From: Nemertoderma westbladi
Lineage: Eukaryota; Animalia; Xenacoelomorpha
NCBI GenBank assembly: GCA_032718475.1
Contig: JAUCBJ010006048.1
Coordinates: 1 to 52,658 of the forward strand
Length of the DNA: 52,658 nucleotides
Direction: 5' to 3'
Notes under the pieces: generated by a model
The model's database searches: none
What the model was told of the DNA's origin: nothing
Seen by the model: the letters and a program-made list of their open reading frames with translations, nothing else
Program-made: the position numbers and the translations under genes
Part shown: positions 26,501-37,406 of the stretch, piece after piece
Position numbering within the stretch: the stretch's first letter is position 1
Layout: every line of letters starts with the position of its first letter

Positions 26501-29500
26501 GGATCTAAGTTCGCATATAGGATCTAAGTTCGCCTATAGGATCTAAGTTCGAAAATAGTATGTAAGATCGCCTATAGGATCTAAGTTCGTGTCTAGGATC
26601 TAAGTTCGCATATAGGATCTAAGTTCGTATCTAGGATCTAAGTTCGCGTCTAGGATCTAAGTTCGCGTATAGGATCTAAGTTCGCGTCCAGGATCTAAGT
26701 TCGCGTCTAGGATCTAAGTTCGCATATAGGATCTAAGTTCGCCTATAGGATCTAAGTTCGCCTATAGGATCTAAGTTCGAAAATAGGATCTAAGATCGCA
26801 TATAGGATCTAAGTTCGCGTCTAGGATCTAAGATCGCATATCGGATCTAAGTTCGCCTTTAGGATCTAAGTTCGCCTATATGATCTAAGTTCGCGTCTAG
26901 GATCTAAGTTGGCCTATATAGGATCTAAGTTCGAGTCTAGTATCTAAGATCGCGTCTAGGATCAAAGTTCGCCTCTAGGATCTAAGTTCGCCTTTAGGAT
27001 CTAAGTTCGCCTATAGGATCTAAGTTCGAATATAGGATCTAAGATCGCATATCGGATCTAAGTTCGCCTTTAGGATCTAAGTTCGCCTATATGATCTAAG
27101 TTCGCGTCTAGGATCTAAGTTGGCCTATATAGGATCTAAGTTCGAGTCTAGTATCTAAGATCGCGTCTAGGATCAAAGTTCGCCTATAGGATCTAAGTTC
27201 GCGTCTTGTATCTAAGATCGCACATAGAATCTAAGTTTGCGTATATGATCTAAGTTTGCATAGGATCTAAGTTCGCGTATAGAATCTAAGTTCGCTTCTA
27301 GGATCTAAGTTCGCGTCTAGGATCTAAGTTCGCCTATAGGATCTAAGATCGCCTATAGGATCTAAGTTCAAATATATGATCTAAGTTTGCATATAGGATC
27401 TAAATTCGCGTCTAGGATCTAAGTTCGCGTATAGGATCTAAGTTCGCGTCCAGGATCTAAGTTCGCGTCTAGGATCTAAGTTCGCATATAGGATCTAAGT
27501 TCGCCTATAGGATCTAAGTTCGCGTATAGGATCTAAGTTCGAAAATAGGATCTAAGATCGCCTATAGGATCTAAGTTCGCGTATAGGATCTAAGTTCGCA
27601 TATAGGATCTAAGTTCGCATCTAGGATCTACGTTCGCGTCTAGGATCTAAGTTCGCGAATAGGATCTAAGTTCGCGTCCAGGATCTAAGTTCGCGTCTAG
27701 GATCTAAGTTCGCATATAGGATCTAAGATCGCCTATAGGATCTAAGTTCGCGTATAGGATCTAAGTTCGCGTCTAGGATCTAAGTTCGCGTCTAGGATCT
27801 AAGTTCGCGTCTAGGATCTAAGTTCGCATATAGGATCTAAGTTCGCCTATAGGATCTAAGTTCGAAAATAGTATGTAAGATCGCCTATAGGATCTAAGTT
27901 CGCGTCTAGGATCTAAGTTCGCATATAGGATCTAAGTTCGCATCTAGGATCTAAGTTCGCGTCTAGGATCTAAGTTCGCGTATAGGATCTAAGTTCGCGT
28001 CCAGGATCTAAGTTCGCGTCTAGGATCTAAGTTCGCATATAGGATCTAAGTTCGCCTATAGGATCTAAGTTCGCCTATAGGATCTAAGTTCGAAAATAGG
28101 ATCTAAGATCGCCGATAGGATCTAAGTTCGCGTATAGGATCTAAGTTCGCGTCTAGGATCTAAGTTCGTGTCTAGGATCTAAGTTCGCGTCTAGGATCTA
28201 AGTTCGCGTATAGGATCTAAGATCGCATATAGGATCTAAGTTCGCCTATAGGTTCTAAGTTCGCCTATAGGATCTAAGTTCGCGTATAGGATCTAAGATC
28301 GCATATAATATTAATTCGATACACCCCCAGGCGGGGTAAATGGAAACCAGTAAAATTTATGTACATAAATAAATAGAAAATAAATTGAATACAATTATTA
28401 GTTATTGAGATGCGAGACGGGAAAGTGGAGGGCAGTCGCTGCAGTTCAGTGCATGATATCGTCGTGTACATGGGAGGTTACAGTACTGACATATACATTC
28501 GGTGGATAGCGAGTGGAAAGGCGTTTGGTTGACGCAGATTAGGTGGTGGAACCCATGGGCGGTCGCACGAGTAATAACGTGCCTGTTACGCTGACCAGCC
28601 ATTTTCCAATGGGAGCTCTGGAATCCGGGGCCGTCCAGGAAAGATTCTGTGATGAAGTTGTTGTTGCGTTCGCGTCGGTGCTCGCGGTATCTGGAGGAGA
28701 CGTCATCAGTTAATAAGTCTGGATATTTCAATAGTACTGCGGCCATAAATGGAGGTTCGTTAATCAAGTTTAGAGCGAGTGTAGAGGAGGCTGATGTGTG
28801 GAGAGACAACATTCTTTTGATGTGTTGCGTCTTTATTTTATCCAATTCTTTAAGGTTCTGTAATGTTAGGTATTTACCAATACTAGTTATTAGGTAGAGT
28901 GCTGAAGGGGCAATTTTCATGTTGAATATTTTTAGTCCTGTTTCAATAGAGAGTAAACGGAGATGTGTCAGTGAACCGATTGTTGAATAAGCAGTGGCTT
29001 TCTTTAACTGGATGTGCTCAGAGAAGCAGAGGGACGGTTGAAGGACTAGATCGCATATAGGATCTAAGTTCGCCTTTAGGATCTAAGTTCGCCTATATGA
29101 TCTAAGTTCGCCTATAGGATCTAAGTTTGCCTATAGGATCTAAACAGAGTCTAGGATCTAAGTTGGCCTATATAGGATCTAAGTTCGAGTCTAGGATCTA
29201 AGATCGCGTCTAAGTTTGCCTATAGGATCTAAACAGAGTCTAGGATCTAAGTTGGCCTATATAGGATCTAAGTTCGAGTCTAGGATCTAAGATCGCGTCT
29301 AGGATCAAAGTTCGCCTCTAGGATCTAAGTTCGCCTTTAGGATCTAAGTTCGCCTATAGGATCTAAGTTCGAATATAGGATCTAAGTTCGCATATAGGAT
29401 CTAAGTTCGCGTCTTGTATCTAAGATCGCACATAGAATCTAAGTTTGCGTATATGATCTAAGTTTGCATAGGATTTAAGTTCGCGTATAGAATCTAAGTT

Positions 29501-31807
29501 CGCTTGTAGGATCTAAGTTCGCGTCTAGGATCTAAGTTCGCCTATAGGATCTAAGATCGCCTATAGGATCTAAGTTCAAATATATGATCTAAGTTCGCAT
29601 ATAGGATCTAAATTCGCGTCTAGGATCTAAGTTCGCGTATAGGATCTAAGTTCGCGTCCAGGATCTAAGTTCGCGTCTAGGATCTAAGTTCGCATATAGG
29701 ATCTAAGTTCGCCTATAGGATCTAAGTTCGCCTATAGGATCTAAGTTCGAAAATAGGATCTAAGATCACCTATAGGATCTAAGTTCGCGTATAGGATCTA
29801 AGTTCGCGTCTAGGATCTAAGTTCGCGTCTAGGATCTAAGTTCGCGTCTAGGATCTAAGTTCGCATATAGGATCTAAGTTCGCCTATAGGATCTAAGTTC
29901 GAAAATAGTATGTAAGATCGCCTATAGGATCTAAGTTCGCGTATAGGATCTAAGTTCGCATATACTGTAGGATCTAAGTTCGCATCTAGGATCTAAGTTC
30001 GCGTCTAGGATCTAAGTTCGCGTATAGGATCTAAGTTCGCGTCCAGGATCTAAGTTTGCATATAGGATCTAAGTTCGCATCTAGGATCTAAGTTTGCATA
30101 TAGGATCTAAATTCGCGTCTAGGATCTAAGTTCGCATATAGGATCTAAGTTCGCGTCCAGGATCTAAGTTCGCGTCTAGGATCTAAGTTCGCATATACGA
30201 TCTAAGATCGCCTATAGGATCTAAGTTCGCGTATAGGATCTAAGTTCGCGTCTAGGATCTAAGTTCGCTTCTAGGATCTAAGTTTGCGTCTAGGATCTAA
30301 TTTCGCATATAGGATCTAAGTTCGCCTATAGGATCTAAGTTCGAAAATAGTATGTAAGATCGCCTATAGGATCTAAGTTCGTGTCTAGGATCTAAGTTCG
30401 CATATAGGATCTAAGTTCGCATCTAGGATCTAAGTTCGCGTCTAGGATCTAAGTTCGCGTATAGGATCTAAGTTCGCGTCCAGGATCTAAGTTCGCGTCT
30501 AGGATCTAAGTTCGCATATAGGATCTAAGTTCGCCTATAGGATCTAAGTTCGCCTATAGGATCTAAGTTCGAAAATAGGATCTAAGATCGCCTATAGGAT
30601 CTAAGTTCGCGTATAGGATCTAAGTTCGCGTCTAGGATCTAAGTTCGTGTCTAGGATCTAAGTTCGCGTCTAGGATCTAAGTTCGCATATAGGATCTAAG
30701 TTCGCCTATAGGATCTAAGTTCGAAAATAGTATGTAAGATCGCCTATAGGATCTAAGTTCGCGTCTAGGATCTAAGTTCGCGTCTAGGATCTAAGTTCGC
30801 ATATAGGATCTAAGTTCGCCTATAGGATCTAAGTTCGAAAATAGTATGTAAGATCGCCTATAGGATCTAAGTTCGCGTCTAGGATCTAAGTTCGCGTCTA
30901 GGATCTAAGTTCGCATATAGGATCTAAGTTCGCCTAAAGGATCTAAGTTCGCCTATAGGATCTAAGTTCGCATATAGGATCTAAGTTCGCGTCTAGGATC
31001 TACGTTCGCCTATAGGATCTAAGTTCGCATATATGATCTAAGTTCGCGTCTAGGATCTAGGTTCGCCTATAGGATTTAAGTTCGCATAGGATCTAAGTTC
31101 GCGTATAGGATATAGGTTCGCCTATAGGATCTAAGTTCGAAAATAGTATGTAAGATCGCCTATAGGATCTAAGTTCGCCTATAGGATCTAAGTTCGCCTA
31201 TAGGATCTAAGTTCGCCTATAGGATCTAAGTTCGCCTATAGGATCTAAGATCGCCTATAGGATCTAAGTTCAAATATATGATCTAAGTTCGCATATAGGA
31301 TCTAAGTTCGCGTATAGGATCTAAGTTCGCCTATAGGATCTAAGTTCGCCTATAGGATCTAAGTTCGCGTATAGGATCTAAGTTCGCGTCTAGGATCTAA
31401 GTTCGCGTCTTGGTTCTAAGTTCGCGTCTAGGATCTAAGTTCGCGTCCAGGATCTAAGTTCGCATATAGGATCTAAGTTCGCCTATAGGATCTAAGTTCG
31501 AAAATAGTATGTAAGATCGCCTATAGGATTTAAGTTCGCGTATAGGATCTAAGTTCGCATATAAGATCTAAGTTCGAAAATAGGATCTAAGATCGCCTGA
31601 TCTAAGTTCGCCTATAGGATCTAAGTTCGCCTATGGGATCTAAGTTCGCGTCTAGGATCTAAGTTCGCGTCTAGGATCTAAGTTCGCATATAGGATCTAA
31701 GTTCACCTATAGGATCTAAGTTCGCGTCTAGGATCTAATTTCGCATATAGCATCTAAGATCGCATATAGGATCTAAGTTCGCCTATAGGATTGAAGTTCG
31801 CCTTTAG
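23541..31807. repeat. 19-bp satellite (TAGGATCTAAGTTCGCNTM), roughly 390 copies; short remnants near 32580, 32960-33195, 37035-37180 and 37700
   Basis: Period of 19 measured directly (ggatct at 24488, 24507, ...). Confidence 0.98.
28308..29047 (-). mobile_element. 5'-truncated non-LTR retrotransposon (post-RT region + CCHC zinc knuckle) inserted in the 19-bp satellite
   Basis: 12-bp TSD AGATCGCATATA at 28296-28307 and 29048-29059; frame open from the 5' break (VLQPSLCFSEHI...KIFNMKIAPSALY) to CQYCNLPCTRRYHALNC and the stop at 28402. Confidence 0.85.
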
Positions 31808-31904
31808 TACACTACTAGTACTGTACTAGATCGGTCGAGGGAGCTCGGACAAATGGTTGAAATATTTCGGTGACAAATATTAATTGTTGAGAAACTTATT
31901 AGGG

Positions 31905-32525
31905 TTAAAAATGCCATTTGAGTATGGCCGGTCCATATTGTAACCCATATTATGTCAGGTTGAAAATTACCTTTTGATTATTTTGCCGGCGTTTTTTTTG
32001 TCCCGCAATACTACACCATATGGTGTTACATTGTTTTTTCATCGTGTGATCTGATAATCTCACCCCCTACACAGAGATACTAAAAATTATATTAAATGTC
32101 ATTTCAATATGGCCGGGCCATATTGTAACCCATATTATCTCAGGTTGAAAATTACCTTTTAGATTATTTTGTCGGCGTTTTTTTGTCCCGCAATACTACA
32201 CCATATGGTGTTACATTGTTTTTTCATCGTGTGATCTGATAATCTCACCCCCTACACAGAGATACTAAAAATTATATTAAATGTCATTTCAATATGGCCG
32301 GGCCATATTGTAACCCATATTATCTCAGGTTGAAAATTACCTTTTAGATTATTTTGTCGGCGTTTTTTTGTCCCGCAATACTACACCATATGGTGTTACA
32401 TTGTTTGTTCATCGTGTGATCTGATAATCTCACCCCCTACACAGAGATACTAAAAATTATACTAAATGCCAGTTGAATATGGCCGGGCCATATTGTAACC
32501 TAGGGTGTATATTATCTCAGGTTGA
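31905..32525. repeat. 185-bp tandem repeat, ~3.3 copies
   Basis: atatggccgggccatatt at 32107, 32292 and 32477 (variant near 31922). Confidence 0.92.
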
Positions 32526-33057
32526 TATAATGCCAAATACATGCGAAATACAATTTGCAACATATGGCCTCAGTTCTAACCTAGAATCTAAGTTCGCATC
32601 TAGGATCTAAGTTCGCATATAGGATCTAAGTTCGCATATCGGATCTTAATCAACCTGTCGAATATTTGAACGTTAATAACTAGGGAAATCCTCGATGAAA
32701 CACTACTAGTACTAGGTCGGTCTAGGGAGCTCGGACAAACCGTTGAAATATTTCGGTGAGAAATATTAATTGTTGAGAAAATTATTATTAGGGTTAAAAA
32801 AGGCTTTTTCTCAGACATCAACAATATCCACTCCCAAACTTGATATTACTAAATTAAATATGGCCGGGCCATATCGTAACATATATTATCTCAGGTTGAT
32901 ATAATGCCAAATACATGCGAAATACAATTTGTCAACATATGGCCTCAGTTCTAAGTTCTAACCAAGGATCTAAGTCCGCCTATAGGATCTACGTTCGCGT
33001 ATCGGATCTAAGTTCGCGTCTAGGATCTAAGTTCGCGTCTTGGATCTAAGTTCGCGT

Positions 33058-33417
33058 CTAGGATCTAAGTTCGCGTTTAGAATCTAAGTTCGCGTATAGG
33101 ATCTAAAGTTCGTTTATAAGAACTAAGTTCGCGTCTAGGATTTACTTTCGTGTATAGGATATAATCTACGTTAGCCTATATGATCTAAGTTCGGATAAAT
33201 CGTTGAAGTATTTCAATGAAAAATATTATTAATTGTTGAGAAAATCATTATTAGGGAGGGAAAAAGGCTTTTTCTCAGACATCAACAACATCCACTCCCA
33301 AACTTAATACCATTAAATTAAATATGGCCGGGCCATATCGTAACATATATTATCTCAGGTTGATATATTGCCAAATACATGTGAAATATAATTTGTCAAC
33401 ATATGGCCTTGACTTTC
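33058..33417. repeat. ~360-bp direct repeat, left copy
   Basis: Matches 37035-37406 from ctaggatctaagttcgcgtttagaatc to catatggccttgactttc. Confidence 0.9.
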
Positions 33418-33909
33418 TAAATCATTATTTATATAAGGACATTCCAAAATTACCTTTTTAATTATTTGTCGGAAAATGCTTGACCCGCAATACTTACCTT
33501 CCCATATTACGTGATCCAAATATTTACCGTACCGATTAAAAAAGTACAATATTTAATACTGAAACAAAATATATTCATTAAAACTAACAGCACATATTTT
33601 AGCACACTGAAGTAAAGTTTTACTTTACCATAATGATACATGCAGAAGAAACAAGATAAGAGTAATAAACAACATTTACTGCTACAATATTTACACTTTA
33701 AAATATTAATTTGAATAACTAAATTGAAGTAATAAAAGGAAAATGAGAAGATGTATTAAAAATGTCTACTCTAAATTAGAAACGAAATTAACAAAGTTTA
33801 GCACGAATCTGCAATCCGAATGTTTACATCGCACTTAATAAGATATTTTTATTTTTGAGATATTCTTACATCTGCAGTCTGTATGTAATGTAAGTTAAAA
33901 CTTCTTAAA

Positions 33910-34583
33910 GCTCGCATGTGTTATAAAACACAATACTAAAACATACGCAACAAAACTAATATAGAAAACTTACTTAACCTCTGAACACATTTAGGTGCTC
34001 GCATGTGTTATAAAACACAATACTAAAACATACGCAACAAAACTAATATAGAAAACTTACTTAACCTCTGAACACATTTAGGTGCTCGCATGTGTTATAA
34101 AACACAATACTAAAACATACGCAACAAAAATAATATAGAACACTTACTTAACCTCTGAACACATTTAGGTGCTCGCATGTGTTATAAAACACAATACTAA
34201 AACATACGCAACAAAACTAATATAGAAAACTTACTTAACCTCTGAACACATTTAGGTGCTCGCATGTGTTATAAAACACAATACTAAAACATACGCAACA
34301 AAACTAATATAGAAAACTTACTTAACCTCTGAACACATTTAGGTGCTCGCATGTGTTATAAAACACAATACTAAAACATACGCAACAAAAATAATATAGA
34401 ACACTTACTTAACCTCTGAACACATTTAGGTGCTCGCATGTGTTATAAAACACAATACTAAAACATACGCAACAAAACTAATATAGAAAACTTACTTAAC
34501 CTCTGAACACATTTAGGTGCTCGCATGTGTTATAAAACACAATACTAAAACATACGCAACAAAAATAATATAGAAAACTTACT
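33910..34583. repeat. 87-bp tandem repeat, ~7.7 nearly identical copies
   Basis: gctcgcatgtgttataaaacac... starts at 33910, 33997, 34084, 34171, 34258, 34345, 34432 and 34519. Confidence 0.97.
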
Positions 34584-34753
34584 ATAAAATAAATCACTAT
34601 TATGATGTCCAAGTCAAAGTCATATTATTACGTGGTGGTGCGTTAGTTGGAGAATTTTCTGTATTTGACAGTAATTGTTGATATAAGTCATCTGAATTTA
34701 TAGCATCACTATTAGTATTTATATTATCACTATTAGTAGTACACAATCCAAAA

Positions 34754-35455
34754 TCATGGGTAGCTAGTAGTAGATGTGTTGGAGAAAGCTTTCGCTTTCT
34801 CCAATCTATGATAGGCATCCACCGATTGTTTTATTGTCTTTGTGGAGTCGTAGGTCCTCTTCTGGGTGATACCACTGTGACCCATATGTTGGACCACATT
34901 TTCTACGTCGCCTGGGTCACCAGGTAGCCGCTGGTTGCATATGCTCAGGGTATGACGAACATATGTACTTCCCGCCTTGCTCTTCGATTCTGGTAGAATT
35001 AATTTCCACAGATTGTTAAAGAGTGTTGAAGTATTGTCAACGGAGTTTCCACTGGGATTTGTAAACATCAGGTCTGATTTACTAGCAAGTGGACTGAATA
35101 GTGTGCGGCCAAACTCAAACAAAGCAAGTAACATATTATAAACGGCTTCAGGCATTGTTAACTTAATGGGCCCTTGATAATTAGATTTGTGATTAAACAC
35201 CTTTATGACCCTGACACCATCATCCGGACAATGCACCACGTCTTTAAATTCAGTTACTAACAGGTTCCGTACAGCACCAGCACGTGCTCCGTTTTTATAT
35301 GACAATATGGCCATAACATATGTTTGCATTTGAACCAAAGAAAATTCATCGCTAACTTTCGATTCAATGTTTAATAGATCACGTTGAAGACGGAGGGAGA
35401 TGGGGTCAGTTTCAAAACGTTGAAGTTCCTCTGCAGTCGGGTATTCTAACTCCAT
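34754..35455 (-). CDS. Tyrosine recombinase (phage-integrase fold) catalytic domain, 233 aa
   Basis: NGAR58AGAVRNL, NHK90, T164YVR167H, HMGH193S, Y202: R-K-(H)xxR-H-Y order and spacing; no stops or frameshifts. Confidence 0.82.
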   Translation of the reverse strand: MELEYPTAEELQRFETDPISLRLQRDLLNIESKVSDEFSLVQMQTYVMAILSYKNGARAGAVRNLLVTEFKDVVHCPDDGVRVIKVFNHKSNYQGPIKLTMPEAVYNMLLALFEFGRTLFSPLASKSDLMFTNPSGNSVDNTSTLFNNLWKLILPESKSKAGSTYVRHTLSICNQRLPGDPGDVENVVQHMGHSGITQKRTYDSTKTIKQSVDAYHRLEKAKAFSNTSTTSYP

Positions 35456-35799
35456 GATACCGATACTATTATACTGATACGGTACGATAGGCTGATAGGC
35501 TGATAGGCCTATGGTAGAACGATAAGTACAAAAAATTATGTACTGGCTTGGTCCTTAGTCAGAGTAGTGCCGGTACGTTATCCTGTTATCTGTATGGCCA
35601 GACAGCCAGATGACTAATTACATGATTATGGATTACAGGAGTACTCCTGCGTCCTGTCAGGTTGTACTGCTGCAGGCCTACTGTGTACCGGGGTACCAGT
35701 ACCGGTACTCAATGCTGAGATGCTCAAGGACAATATCCCACAGCCACTAGCAGACTTAGCAATACAGTATTAAAGTAGGCCTATTGGTACCGGTAATAC

Positions 35800-36915
35800 A
35801 GCTGGTAACGCGTAGTTCGATACATTGGGTGATATATCACCAGTTTCAGAGTTTTAACATTAACACAGTACGCGTAGGTGATACGCGTAGCTACGCGTAG
35901 GTCCTACGCGAACTACGCGTAGGTGCTACCCATAACTATGCCTATACGACGTTTATCATTAGTAAGCAAACATATTCCAAAGCGGTTCGGTACTAAAATA
36001 AGACAATACTGTATGTGATGTTCAATATACAACCATCAAATGGTTTCAACAGAAATGTCTCCTATACCTGTATATATAATCCATGTAGTGGCATACTGTA
36101 CGCTACTACACATTCTTCACTTAATGTGTTGCGCGCGCAATACTGTTTTATAATAATGTTTAGAGTTCAAAAATAGTTTACAAGGAAATAGGCAGATGGT
36201 TCTTATCGATTCTCCATTGCTATTTATTGCCTTTATTCACGAGAGGGAAAGGATATATTTAATATGCTAAATCCGTCGAGAATGGAAGGGGGAGAATAAT
36301 TGTCCACCATGATTGGTTGCACTTGTTATTTTACTAAACAATTGAATTTTACAGTATTATCAGCTTTTCACTTAACCACTTCACCGAGACTGGTAGCTTA
36401 TACAACTGTAGAATATTTAAATTATCCAATGGAAACAAAAAGACTTGGTATAATATACGTGGATTTTAAGTTTACTTTTATTCATCCTGTCCCTGTGATG
36501 TTTGTATATGAAAGAGCCGAATATTATTTGATACCAGTGCTCTGTAGGAGAAATGAGTTTCAGATTATGTTATTCCTTGTGTGATAAATCAGATACCTGA
36601 AATATACAGTACTGTACCAATATTTGCCTAACAACTCAAGCAATACCGGACCTGAAATGAAAAATCTTTGTTATCAGGCTGTTACGCGTAGCTACGCGTG
36701 CACCTACGCGAAGTGCTACGCCGTAGTTTTAAAATACATATGCGTAGTTCCAAAATACCTACGCGTAGTTTTAAAATGCCTACGAGTGGTTTTTAAAAAG
36801 GCAGTAAGTCTGGCCCTACCGGTAAATGACAGCAATTGAAGTTACAAACTACGCGTAGGACTACGCTTAGGTCGGAAAGATTTACCCCAACTACAACTAC
36901 AGCTACACCAGTCAG
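35800..36915. repeat. Segment bounded by two clusters of the palindromic TACGCGTA motif (possible MITE); ends approximate
   Basis: Repeated tacgcgtag at ~35808-35925 and ~36682-36870 around unrelated AT-rich DNA. Confidence 0.5.
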
Positions 36916-37034
36916 GAGTCAGCTGGTACTAGTCACCGGGCATCAGCCACCCCCCCCCCCCCCCACCCCCCCTCTCTATAGACTTACACCAAGGAAAATA
37001 AATTAGTGATCATTAATGTGTGCCAAGTTGTAAC

Positions 37035-37406
37035 CTAGGATCTAAGTTCGCGTTTAGAATCTAAGTTTGCGTATAGGATCTAAAGTTCGTTTATACTGTA
37101 AGAACTAATTTCGCGTCTAGGATTTACTTTCGTGTATAGGATATAATCTACGTTAGCCTATATGATCTAAGTTCTAAGTTCGGACAAATCGTTGAAGTAT
37201 TTCAATGAAAAATATTAATTGTTGAGAAAATAATTATTAGGGTTAAAAAGGCTTTTTCTCAGACATCAACAATATCCACCCCCGAACTTGATACTGTATC
37301 ATTAAATTAAATATGGACGGGCCATATCGTAACATATATTATCTCAGATTGATATATTGCCAAATACATGTGAAATATAATTTGTCAACATATGGCCTTG
37401 ACTTTC
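37035..37406. repeat. ~370-bp direct repeat, right copy
   Basis: Copy of 33058-33417 with two CTGTA insertions and a few other differences. Confidence 0.9.

Noticed and set aside
23541-31807. 19-bp array as CRISPR, telomere repeat or coding repeat
   Set aside because: No spacers, not a G-rich telomeric motif, and stops in all frames
33910-34583. Repeated micro-exon/intron units (gtaagt...ttttag on the minus strand)
   Set aside because: The implied intron is only ~38 nt and there is no supporting frame
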